Shown here: in pieces, positions 50,087 to 58,832 of the stretch
How the letters are laid out: each line of letters opens with the position of its first letter
Position numbering within the stretch: position 1 is the stretch's first letter
Source of the DNA: an uncultured Candidatus Saccharibacteria bacterium
GTDB taxonomy: Bacteria; Patescibacteriota; Minisyncoccia; Phycocordibacterales; DSPV01
NCBI GenBank assembly: GCA_964616075.1
Contig: CAZTRA010000001.1
Location: forward strand, 49,599 to 113,598
DNA length: 64,000 nt
Reading direction: 5' to 3'
Program-made: the position numbers and the translations under genes
Notes under the pieces: generated by a model
Database searches by the model: none
What the model was told of the DNA's origin: nothing
What the model saw: the letters and a program-made list of their open reading frames with translations, nothing else

Positions 50087-52903
50087 CTACTCAGAGATAC
50101 GGTATTTCAACTGGCGCTGCTTAAATGCCTCAGACCCTCCCTCTAAGACTTTTATTGCATGGGTGTATATTTCAGGATTTTCAATAGACCCAGCATTGTA
50201 AGAAATCTCCCCATCTTTTCTATTAGCAATGATTATTTGCTCAGAATCACTATTAATAACCACATTACCGTTATTTGAGGCAAGAATAACCTGTCTGTAT
50301 TGCTTTGCTTGTCTAATAGCCTTCACAAGTTCATCCATAATAAATTCGTTATCAAGGTGATCGTCGTGAGAATCAATAATAATAGGTTTATCTCCCTGGG
50401 CAAGATAGATTTTCATAAGTACTGTAGCCTTTTGTCCGAGTGAGAGTTTCTGTAATTGAGTACCCTTATATTTAACAGTGGGCGCAACGGAATAATAATC
50501 TCCGTAAACAAGATCATAAAATGACGTAGTGGAAATACCTTGTGAATTTTTTATCTTGTCTTTGTAGTCTGAAACAACTGAGTTGTTTTGTTTGATAATT
50601 TCACCTATTTTTTTATCATCTCCATTTACATATTCCTGATTAATTGAAAACAGACTTGCAAAAATTGACTCCTCGTCTTTTGAATGAGAAACTTTTACTT
50701 TTCTCTGATCGAGAATATCTTCCGCACCTTGTTCAAACTTTGATTGGTTGTAATTAATTTTTGCGCTAAAACTTAAATCACTAAGCACGTCATCTTTGTT
50801 AGTTGAAAAGACTGAGATAATTTCCTCATACTTTTTCTTAAGTAGAAATGTGTCATTCAATAATTTTGAGTAAAGGTCCTCTCTGTTTTTCAGTTCTTTT
50901 TTAAGAGTTTCCTGATCCTTGTTTAAGTCGGCTTCTTTCTTTTCAAGTTTTACTAAGTCCTGAGCAAGTTCTTTTTGTTTATCCAATAATTTAGCGTGAT
51001 TTTTTACACCAACCTCTAAGGACTCAATATCTTTTTGAGCCTTTTCTAGTTCTTTAACTATTTTTGTGAGTTCTGTTTGTATTTCTGTGCTAATACTTCC
51101 AAGGTCATCCTTACTACTATAAGCAAGTGCGGATAACTGTTTTTTATTACCATGTTTCTTTAATAAAGCATTGATTGAATCTACTGTGGTATTGAATACC
51201 ACTAGATCATTCGATACAAAATCCGCAGCATCCCTTAAATAACCCTGAATACTTAACAACTCATCCTTCTTTTCTTTGAGCCTAGTAACTATCCCTTGTT
51301 TACTTTGTGCTACTAGTTTGTTTTCAAGAGTTTGTGCTTTTTCTGATTCCACAACTCTATTAGAAATATCCTTAATTTCTGCCTCAAGTTTATTTTTATC
51401 TGCGAGAACTGATTTTGTATTGGTTGCACTCGTAGATTCTTCAAGTTTTGCTATCAGTGCATTTTTTTGTTTAATACTCTTTTTACTAAGAGTTATCTCG
51501 CTTTGTAGTTGCTCAAACTCAAAACTTTTCTCTGTATCTTTTATTACAGGACTATCAAAAATAAGGCTATTAATGTAGTCATCCAAATCTGAGTCATCGC
51601 TAATATATTCCTCAAGTTCACCTTGGGCTATGTAGACAACTTCACTATGTTCAAAAAAATTTCCATCAGTTAGTTTTTTTGAAAAAGTTGTTCCGTCTTT
51701 GAACGTGAGTTCAACCTCGATGTCTGGGGTCTGATCAGATGTTATTCTCCTTACAAAAGAATTTGGGTCTTTAATGTTGGACCTATCTTTGTAACAATTT
51801 GCTAGTAAATCAACAAAAGCAGTTTTTCCGCTCCCTTTTCCTCCAGTAACAGATACTAGTGCGGGATTTAGTTCAATTTCAGTTGCATTTATTTTTAACT
51901 CACTCCCAATCACAGAATCACTAATTTTGATTTTCTGAATAGTATAATTACTTTTTACTGGAGTAGGGTCTTTTTCTTGAATTTTAACTCGGTCAGCAGG
52001 CTCATATGATAATTGTTTTAGTCCATCAAAAGTTGGGTCCGATTTAATCCAACAAAAGCGCATATCGCAATTAAGTGGTGTCTTTGTGCAATCATGACTT
52101 GTCTTGCCTCGATTTGCACAAGGTTTACAGATACTTTCAAGATCATGTGAATCAGATCCATGAATACACGCCTTAAGGCTTCCATACTTCCTTTTGATTT
52201 CGTCGACTGAGTCAGTGCCATTACCTAAAAAATAATCTCTATCTGATGGATTTCCCGATAGAATGAAATGAGACAACCTGTAAATCTCTTCGCGAGTAGC
52301 AGCCATACTGGAATGCTGGATTCCCGAATTACCATCATTACTGTTATTTGAGACAGCCAAAACTACGTTTTCTGCTAGACGTTTATCTTGTAGTATTTCT
52401 CTTAACTGATTGTGGCTGGTTTTGAATTGTTCAACACCTGCCTTATATGCAGCAACATCGTCTAAGGTTTGATCATTTTTGTAAGCCTTACCCAGGCTTA
52501 TCAAATCAGACTTAATACATTTGTATTTTTGTGCTTTGTAATTGTATTCCAAACTTGAGAATAATTTTGATTCCAACTCATTAACAATTTCAGGGTTTAT
52601 TATTAAATGAATGTTGATAGGTTTTTCAGTTGATGTAACTGGTAATATCCTAAGTTCGACATTTGGAACAATTAAATCAAAATTAGTGAGTTTTCCTTCG
52701 GTAATCACTTTTTGATATCCCTCAATTGAAAAGTAGTCAGTTATTCCAATTACGGACACACCTGTAATTGTTTTTAATTTTGCAAAAAAGTTGGTCCATT
52801 TTTCTTCCGTGGTCGCACCCTCAAACAAAGTATTATTTAATACTGATGCTGGACTGTGTACGTGTAGGTCCCATTTTCTCCAAATTGATCCTTGTGTCGA
52901 CAT
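50087..52903 (-). CDS. PHP-domain phosphoesterase fused to SbcC/Rad50-like coiled-coil ABC ATPase (938 aa); fourth gene of the defence operon
   Basis: N-terminal WRKWDLHVHSPAS PHP motif I; Walker A VTGGKGSGKTAFVDLL; about 300-aa K/E/L-rich coiled-coil; ABC signature-like LSLGQKATVL; Walker B / D-loop PIIIDSHDDHLD. Confidence 0.75.
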   Translation of the reverse strand: MSTQGSIWRKWDLHVHSPASVLNNTLFEGATTEEKWTNFFAKLKTITGVSVIGITDYFSIEGYQKVITEGKLTNFDLIVPNVELRILPVTSTEKPINIHLIINPEIVNELESKLFSSLEYNYKAQKYKCIKSDLISLGKAYKNDQTLDDVAAYKAGVEQFKTSHNQLREILQDKRLAENVVLAVSNNSNDGNSGIQHSSMAATREEIYRLSHFILSGNPSDRDYFLGNGTDSVDEIKRKYGSLKACIHGSDSHDLESICKPCANRGKTSHDCTKTPLNCDMRFCWIKSDPTFDGLKQLSYEPADRVKIQEKDPTPVKSNYTIQKIKISDSVIGSELKINATEIELNPALVSVTGGKGSGKTAFVDLLANCYKDRSNIKDPNSFVRRITSDQTPDIEVELTFKDGTTFSKKLTDGNFFEHSEVVYIAQGELEEYISDDSDLDDYINSLIFDSPVIKDTEKSFEFEQLQSEITLSKKSIKQKNALIAKLEESTSATNTKSVLADKNKLEAEIKDISNRVVESEKAQTLENKLVAQSKQGIVTRLKEKKDELLSIQGYLRDAADFVSNDLVVFNTTVDSINALLKKHGNKKQLSALAYSSKDDLGSISTEIQTELTKIVKELEKAQKDIESLEVGVKNHAKLLDKQKELAQDLVKLEKKEADLNKDQETLKKELKNREDLYSKLLNDTFLLKKKYEEIISVFSTNKDDVLSDLSFSAKINYNQSKFEQGAEDILDQRKVKVSHSKDEESIFASLFSINQEYVNGDDKKIGEIIKQNNSVVSDYKDKIKNSQGISTTSFYDLVYGDYYSVAPTVKYKGTQLQKLSLGQKATVLMKIYLAQGDKPIIIDSHDDHLDNEFIMDELVKAIRQAKQYRQVILASNNGNVVINSDSEQIIIANRKDGEISYNAGSIENPEIYTHAIKVLEGGSEAFKQRQLKYRISE

Positions 52904-52906
52904 AAA

Positions 52907-55588
52907 TTAATTCGATAGTTTACTTGCAAATGTTTGATAACTATCGACCTCTTGGTAGTTAACATGAATCACTTCAAAGTGTTTCTTTGCTGATTCTATT
53001 TTTGCTTTTTCGGTTGGGCGTAAGTTGTTTACGTCGCCCTTTGTTTCAACAACAAAGTAAACCTTTTCACTTTCATTGCCTTTAAGATCACGCTTTGCAG
53101 TAACAATAGCCCAGTCAGGATTGTAGCCACCAACAGGTGTCTCAACTTTGTACCAGTTAGGCATTTTAATAAACAATTTAATACGCTCGTCTTGCTCGAG
53201 GTTCAATGCAAAGTTCTTTTCAACGTCAGAGTCGTGAACAATAGCATCATAAATGGACCGAGTAACTGCCAAAGTAGAGTCCTTATAACTTTCAAGTGCT
53301 TTGAATTCTTCTGCCTTGTAAGCATCAGAAATAACCTCATAACTTACTTGCTCAACGTAAGTCTTTACGAGTTCTTGTTTTATGATTTTACTAGCCTCAA
53401 CTACAAAGCGATCAGGGTTGTTAAAGAAAGCCTCCCAGTTATTTGCCTCAAGAACAATTTCAGCGATTGTAGAGCGAGTGAGTCGGGTATGTGCCTTGAT
53501 TTCAGAAATACAATCCATCGTTCGAGTTTGTGTTGCCCCCGTGTCGCCTGATTCAGCCCCCAGGACGAGAGATTTGATACCTTTCGCAGAGATATCGATA
53601 CCTGCACGCTCAACACGAATGTGGGGCTTTTGTAGCCGAATTTCAGATATAGCCTTTGCGGAGTTGGTTATAAGCGACTCGGTGTTTACTTTTACGAGGT
53701 AACGAGTCTTCTTTGAAATGCGGCCCCACAACTCTTTGAAGTTCTCGTCTTTTTGGAATCCAGGCTTGAGTGCGATCTTACTTCGCTGTTTTGCATTGTG
53801 AGGTAATTGAGGTGTTTTGTAGATACCATCCTCTTGGAATTCTGCTTGTAGGCTTGCAACGTAGTCGGCATAACTTATGTTTGCAACCACTGAAAGCAAA
53901 TTGATTCGTCTATCAAAAATACGATCACCTTCTTGATTAACACAAAGACGCATACCACGACCAATCTCTTGGCGCTTTTTCATTGAGGAAGTTGTCTCAT
54001 TCAAAGTACAGATATTAAACACGTTCGGATTGTCCCAACCTTCACGGAGTGCAGAGTGAGAGAAAATAAATTCAACAGGTTCAGAGAAAGACAAAAGACG
54101 CTCCTTATCTTTCATAATAAGTTCATAAGCCTCGTCATTCTTTTCAATAGCAGAGTCTTGCTCAACAAAACTACCGTCTTTCTTTTTTGCAAAGTATCCA
54201 GTGTGAAGTGAGTCGATAGAATTTTGCCCCAGGGCAAATTCATTTTTAACTCTTGATAACTCCTCGGTAAATATCTTGCGTATCATTCCATCCGCACCAG
54301 CATAATTTGCAACCTTATCGATAAAGAAAAGGCTCAAGACTTTAATATCAAAATCCTTGTGCTTTTGTTTTTTCTCAATGTGAAGTCTGATAGTCTCAGA
54401 TATTTGTCTACGCCAAATATCCTCCTTGTTTTGATTAATAGCAGTTCCTCGAGAAAGAATAAAACCATTGGTAAAGTGAACCTTGCCCTCAGCGCCAAAC
54501 TCAGGTGCGTCCGCATCGATATTTGAAACCACATAGCCGTCATAGGCTTTGTTACCCGTAAGTTCAGATAGGTTGTCGTTCTTTTTTACATTGGTTGCTT
54601 TTACCTTTCTATTTCCATCGCTATCCATAAAAGCGAGTTCAACTTTTGCTTTAATACCACTGGCAGTCTTTGCTGGTTTTGCCTCAACAAAAACCATGTG
54701 AGGGACCGAAGTACCACTATCGTCATCAGTTACTGAAAAGACTTCTATTTTTTTAACAAGCCCAAGTTGGTAAGCATCGTAAGGTGTGAGTTGGTGTACA
54801 AGGTTGTATGGATTCTTGTGAGTAGCAGAATAGCGGAGGCGGAATAGTGCATTGAAATTCTCAAGCGCTTTTCTTGTAGCATCACCTTCCATATTTTGTG
54901 GCTCGTCGAGGATAAGAATAGGGTTTGTCTTTTTAATAAACTCAATTGGTTGTTCACCCTGCATTTGATCACGAGCACCATAAAGAACGTTAGCGTCTTT
55001 GTTAAAAGCACCAACGGTCATAACCATGATATTTATCACGCTACTGTCGGCAAAGTGTCGAACCTGGGTGATATTTTTTGATTTGTATTCGTAAAATCTG
55101 AAAGGAGTGTTTGCATACAATTCTTTGAAGTGGTCCTCGGTGATTTTCAGGGTCTTAATAACACCCTCGCGAATAGCAACAGACGGGACTAAAATAATAA
55201 ACTTTTTCCAGCCGTACTTTTGATTGAGTTCAAAAATGGTACGCAAGTAAACATACGTTTTACCTGTACCCGTTTCCATTTCAACTGAGATGTCTTTCCA
55301 TCCTACATACTCGCCATTAAAAGTATAATCAGGGTCGTCATAAGTAACTCCTGGTTCGTTGAATTTAATACTGCTTTTTATTTCCTCTAAGTTGTTTTGA
55401 GATTTAATTCTTTTGATATTTTCTTTTACTTCCTCAGGGGACAAAGTAAGTACATTTGGATAGATACCAAACAATCCCAAACCAGCCACAGTCTGTGCTG
55501 TAGTTTTTTCTTGTCCCTCAAAACAATCAACCACTGAGTTGACTGCTTGAAGTTGGTATTCTTGATTTGGATCAAACTTAAATTTCAT
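52907..55588 (-). CDS. res: Type III restriction enzyme Res-like subunit (SF2 helicase plus C-terminal PD..ExK endonuclease)
   Basis: helicase motif I TGTGKTYVY, motif II LILDEPQNM; C-terminal YNPDWAIV ... FVVETKG. Confidence 0.85.
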   Translation of the reverse strand: MKFKFDPNQEYQLQAVNSVVDCFEGQEKTTAQTVAGLGLFGIYPNVLTLSPEEVKENIKRIKSQNNLEEIKSSIKFNEPGVTYDDPDYTFNGEYVGWKDISVEMETGTGKTYVYLRTIFELNQKYGWKKFIILVPSVAIREGVIKTLKITEDHFKELYANTPFRFYEYKSKNITQVRHFADSSVINIMVMTVGAFNKDANVLYGARDQMQGEQPIEFIKKTNPILILDEPQNMEGDATRKALENFNALFRLRYSATHKNPYNLVHQLTPYDAYQLGLVKKIEVFSVTDDDSGTSVPHMVFVEAKPAKTASGIKAKVELAFMDSDGNRKVKATNVKKNDNLSELTGNKAYDGYVVSNIDADAPEFGAEGKVHFTNGFILSRGTAINQNKEDIWRRQISETIRLHIEKKQKHKDFDIKVLSLFFIDKVANYAGADGMIRKIFTEELSRVKNEFALGQNSIDSLHTGYFAKKKDGSFVEQDSAIEKNDEAYELIMKDKERLLSFSEPVEFIFSHSALREGWDNPNVFNICTLNETTSSMKKRQEIGRGMRLCVNQEGDRIFDRRINLLSVVANISYADYVASLQAEFQEDGIYKTPQLPHNAKQRSKIALKPGFQKDENFKELWGRISKKTRYLVKVNTESLITNSAKAISEIRLQKPHIRVERAGIDISAKGIKSLVLGAESGDTGATQTRTMDCISEIKAHTRLTRSTIAEIVLEANNWEAFFNNPDRFVVEASKIIKQELVKTYVEQVSYEVISDAYKAEEFKALESYKDSTLAVTRSIYDAIVHDSDVEKNFALNLEQDERIKLFIKMPNWYKVETPVGGYNPDWAIVTAKRDLKGNESEKVYFVVETKGDVNNLRPTEKAKIESAKKHFEVIHVNYQEVDSYQTFASKLSN

Positions 55589-55593
55589 AATTG

Positions 55594-57378
55594 TTAAATT
55601 GTTTTCAAATCAAGGTTAAGGGACAGATTGGCGGCAGTAGTGTCGTCGAGACTACTCTCGAGACAAATAAATAATTTACCTTTGTGAGACTTATCAGTAA
55701 GTTCTTTTACAGTTTCAGACGCAAGTTTATTTTCAAGACAAACAAGTAATTGCTGTTCGCCGTCGGATACTTTGTGAACTTTATTTTTGCCGATAGTAAT
55801 TGTTTCGACTTTACTATTTAGCGACAAGCCTTCTTTAACGATATTTTCATAAACAACATTCATATCGTCCTCTTTATCAAAAAGTTGGCTTTGCTTTGCT
55901 TTATGTAAGTAAGCAACAAATGCTTGCTGGTTTTCTTCGGATGATTTCTCGGGATTAAATACAAAAGTATTTTCAGGATAGTTTGATTCAGAGAGTGTAA
56001 ACACTTTGAATCCCGCATCAATAGGCTGAGGATTCTCGCCATAACCTTTTATTACACGTCGAATACGCTCTTTTGCAATATCAGCAATAGTTTTGTATCC
56101 AGCATTAAATCCGTCGGATCCTTCTTCGAGTTTTTCAGGAAGTTGCACACAAATAAATTTTCTATTGCCACCATCTTCTTGATTTTGTTTGAAAACAGCA
56201 TGAGCAGTTGTACCAGAGCCCGCAAAGAAATCTAAGATAATATCTTCTTGATTTGTTGATATTTTTAGCATTTCTTGAATATAAGGAATTGGTTTCGGGG
56301 TATCGAAAATTATTCCACCGAAAATAGATTTAATCTCATCGGATGCATTTGCGGCGTTTGAGGTATTATCCCAAATTGTCTCAGGAATTTTTCCCTTATT
56401 TTCGTCGATAAACAACTTACGGTAGAGATTATCTCCTCTAACAATAAGTTTATTTTCATTGTCTAATTTTTGTAAATTTTCTTTACTGAACAACCAAAGT
56501 CTTTCCTTAAAGTATTGTCCTTCTTTATTTGTAAAATCATATTTAACACCACCTTGAGTTCCTCTAGCCCAAACGGCAAGCATTCTGTAATCGCCTCTAG
56601 GATCGTTGTCGGGGTTCTTGTAAGCCTCCTTTGTCCCTTCATCAAGATCAAGATAATTTGTATTGAATTGTTGCAGGTCTTTAGCAAAGACCAATAAGTA
56701 CTCGTGTGATTTACTAAACCATCTCGCAGAATTATCACGCCCACGTTTTCTTTTCCAAATAACATTTGCAACAAAATTTTCTTCACCAAAAATCTCATCA
56801 AGTACTAGTCTTAAATTATGAACCTCATTATCGTCGATAGATACAAAAATAGCCCCATCTTCACGAAGTAAATTCCAAGCCAATTTAAGACGAGGATACA
56901 TCATAGAAAGCCAGTCGCTATGGTAACGCCCATTGGTTTCTTTGTTTGTGGTAGTACTTTCACCAGCCTCAGTTTTTTGACCTGTTTGCTTTAAGTAGTT
57001 ATCAAGAGGGGCGCTAAAATTATCGTTGTATACAAAATCATGACCCGTGTTATAAGGCGGATCAATGTAAATCATTTTCACTTTCTCAAAGTAAGCCTTT
57101 TGTAAAAGTTTCAAAACTTCTAAGTTATCGCCCTCAATAAAAAGGTTTTCGGATTCATCCCATTTAATGCTTTGCTTAGGTTCAGGATTGAGAGTTAGTT
57201 TGCTAGGGACCAACACACTTTTAATAGCGTTACTTTTACCAGCCCAAGTAAAAGAAAACTTATCAGACAAATTGACTGCCTGTGAACTTAAATCCTCTAT
57301 GTATTTTTGTAAGTTCAAAGACTTCTCAAAGAGTGAGTCATCCGATGTTAAATTAATTTTTGTGGGTTTTTTATTCAT
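55594..57378 (-). CDS. mod: Type III Mod-like N6-adenine DNA methyltransferase (beta class: motif IV before motif I)
   Basis: IYIDPPYNTG (motif IV DPPY) at about residue 95-105; FFAGSGTTAHAV (motif I) at about residue 380. Confidence 0.9.
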   Translation of the reverse strand: MNKKPTKINLTSDDSLFEKSLNLQKYIEDLSSQAVNLSDKFSFTWAGKSNAIKSVLVPSKLTLNPEPKQSIKWDESENLFIEGDNLEVLKLLQKAYFEKVKMIYIDPPYNTGHDFVYNDNFSAPLDNYLKQTGQKTEAGESTTTNKETNGRYHSDWLSMMYPRLKLAWNLLREDGAIFVSIDDNEVHNLRLVLDEIFGEENFVANVIWKRKRGRDNSARWFSKSHEYLLVFAKDLQQFNTNYLDLDEGTKEAYKNPDNDPRGDYRMLAVWARGTQGGVKYDFTNKEGQYFKERLWLFSKENLQKLDNENKLIVRGDNLYRKLFIDENKGKIPETIWDNTSNAANASDEIKSIFGGIIFDTPKPIPYIQEMLKISTNQEDIILDFFAGSGTTAHAVFKQNQEDGGNRKFICVQLPEKLEEGSDGFNAGYKTIADIAKERIRRVIKGYGENPQPIDAGFKVFTLSESNYPENTFVFNPEKSSEENQQAFVAYLHKAKQSQLFDKEDDMNVVYENIVKEGLSLNSKVETITIGKNKVHKVSDGEQQLLVCLENKLASETVKELTDKSHKGKLFICLESSLDDTTAANLSLNLDLKTI

Positions 57379-57380
57379 AA

Positions 57381-57578
57381 TTATTTCTTCTTTTTCTTAG
57401 GAGGCTTTACATTAGAGGATTGCTCAAGGAACTGTCGCAGGTCGTCCTCGCTTATTCGCCAATATCCGACCTTTGAGGCTTTTAATTTGCCGTCGTGAAT
57501 GTAGCGAAAGATAGACCTTTCACTGACACGTAACGCTTCGGCTACTTCTTTAACGCTGAGAAATTTTGTGTTAGTCAT
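57381..57578 (-). CDS. excisionase-family helix-turn-helix DNA-binding protein (65 aa, Lys-rich tail); first gene of the operon, possible controller
   Basis: LSVKEVAEALRVSERSIFRYIHDGKLKASKVG.WRI matches the excisionase/MerR-like HTH pattern. Confidence 0.8.
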   Translation of the reverse strand: MTNTKFLSVKEVAEALRVSERSIFRYIHDGKLKASKVGYWRISEDDLRQFLEQSSNVKPPKKKKK

Positions 57579-57598
57579 AATTATTTTCTCCTTTTTAC

Positions 57599-57627
57599 AT
57601 TTTACTCCTTCAAAAACCCTGTGTCAA
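57599..57627 (-). promoter_or_regulatory. sigma70-like promoter TTGACA-17-TAAAAT with RBS AAGGAG for the HTH-mod-res-ATPase operon
   Basis: minus-strand ttgaca cagggtttttgaaggag taaaat gtaaaaaggagaaaataatt ATG. Confidence 0.55.
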
Positions 57628-57636
57628 AGTGTGTCA
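57620..57636. promoter_or_regulatory. direct repeat TGTGTCA-n3-TGTGTCA overlapping the -35, a candidate operator
   Basis: read directly. Confidence 0.3.
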
Positions 57637-57659
57637 TGTTGTTTCTTGATTAAATTATA

Positions 57660-57756
57660 CGGTGGATTACTAAGGATGTTTATGACAAAAAGCATCAATT
57701 ACTAAGGATGTTTATGACAAAAAGCATCAAGAGTATCAGGACAAAATACAGGTACT
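57660..57756 (+). repeat. right copy of the island-bounding direct repeat, containing a perfect 32-bp tandem duplication (57667-57698 / 57699-57730)
   Basis: ttactaaggatgtttatgacaaaaagcatcaa x2; matches 49628-49695. Confidence 0.8.
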
Positions 57757-57946
57757 TAAAATTGAACTTTCGGAACACAGAAAAGCAGACTACGATTACC
57801 AAACAACCATTGCTACAGTCATTTCCGTAGCACGCAGAGCAAGAAGTATGTTTGATAACAGTTCTAAACCTGCTGAAAAAAGAGCGTTCTTGAACTACCT
57901 ACTTCAGAACCCGACTATAAACGGAAAAAGCTATATTTTTCAATAG
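57662..57946 (+). pseudogene. 3' fragment of a recombinase-like gene (frame broken by the 32-bp duplication; no start codon)
   Basis: translation ...YDKKHQEYQDKIQVLKIELSEHRKADYDYQTTIATVISVARRARSMFDNSSKPAEKRAFLNYLLQNPTINGKSYIFQ* resembles the C-terminal tail of large serine recombinases; identity is inferred. Confidence 0.35.
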
Positions 57947-57990
57947 CTTCTCCGTTCAATCTGGTACTAGAACTAGCTGGTTGTCCTAAC

Positions 57991-58066
57991 TGGCTCCGCG
58001 GCCTGGGCTCGAACCAGGGACCCTCCCGTTAACAGCGGGACGCTCTACCGACTGAGCTACCGCGGA
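57991..58066 (-). tRNA. tRNA-Asn (anticodon GUU), CCA encoded
   Basis: manual cloverleaf: acceptor TCCGCGG/CCGCGGA, anticodon stem TCCCG/CGGGA with loop CTGTTAA, T-arm CCTGG TTCGAGC CCAGG, 3' GCCA. Confidence 0.85.
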
Positions 58067-58158
58067 ATATCAGGATAGTACCAAATCTAATGAAAAACGT
58101 GAAGCACTCCTATGGCCCCTTCACAAAAAATAATTTTAGACTTCTATCCACATTGCAC

Positions 58159-58815
58159 TTACGATGCCTCCTCTTTGGCATATTTCTTCAAAAAAATGAG
58201 CCGCAGAAACAAACAAACACTAAAGAACAATATACCTGCGAGAACATATTTTTCTATCTTTGAAATAAGAGTAATGTATGCCACATACATTACTCCCACG
58301 TACCAACCTGTCATACCCAACATGGCCGCACGAACAAATGCGCCAACAAAAGTTACTATGACAAATGTGTGTACCGGATACCGCACAATCCCACAAAAAC
58401 CAGATATTGCTACACCCGGGACAACAGGCAAGGCACGTAAAAAAAGTAGCGTAATTTCATCACCTCTTCCATGAATGATTTTCTGCTCCATTTTCTCAAT
58501 ATCTCGCCAATCTAAACCAAGCCATCTTTTTGTTTTTTCAATCATTGGTTTGCCACCCCAATACCCAAGCCCATACACCACCAACGACCCTATAACCACA
58601 CCAAACGCGATTGGGAGGGCAATAATAAAAACTGTTTGCCCAATAATTGCCACAACACTATCACTTTCCGATAGAAGAAAAAAACCTGCGGTAAGCGGCA
58701 CTAACGGTGAAGGAATAGGTGCAATTATTTCTTCAAGTAATGTAGCCAGAAAAACACCCCACACGCCATACTGTTCAATAATTGGTTGTATGTACGCAGT
58801 AACTTGTTCGATCAT
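58159..58815 (-). CDS. DedA/TVP38-family membrane protein
   Basis: LFLRALPVVPGVAISGFCGIVRYPVHTF resembles the DedA reentrant-loop motif. Confidence 0.6.
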   Translation of the reverse strand: MIEQVTAYIQPIIEQYGVWGVFLATLLEEIIAPIPSPLVPLTAGFFLLSESDSVVAIIGQTVFIIALPIAFGVVIGSLVVYGLGYWGGKPMIEKTKRWLGLDWRDIEKMEQKIIHGRGDEITLLFLRALPVVPGVAISGFCGIVRYPVHTFVIVTFVGAFVRAAMLGMTGWYVGVMYVAYITLISKIEKYVLAGILFFSVCLFLRLIFLKKYAKEEAS

Positions 58816-58832
58816 ATGTCACGCATATCCCA

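Larger units (their letters stand above)
49628..58066. mobile_element. degraded tRNA-Asn-associated genomic island (direct repeats, recombinase remnant, AT-richer cargo carrying the defence operon)
   Basis: flanking direct repeats; 3' recombinase-like pseudogene beside tRNA-Asn; compositional shift; no intact integrase. Confidence 0.55.

Noticed and set aside
51276-51578. 100-aa plus-strand ORF inside the PHP-ATPase gene
   Set aside because: Antisense of the K/E/L coiled-coil region, giving a Ser/Leu low-complexity product.
53192-53702. plus-strand ORFs inside res
   Set aside because: Antisense within a confidently called helicase gene.
57667-57730. Two tandem copies of a 32-bp repeat, considered as a possible CRISPR array
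   Set aside because: Only two contiguous copies with no spacers and no cas genes. It is a tandem duplication inside a recombinase-like pseudogene / att repeat.
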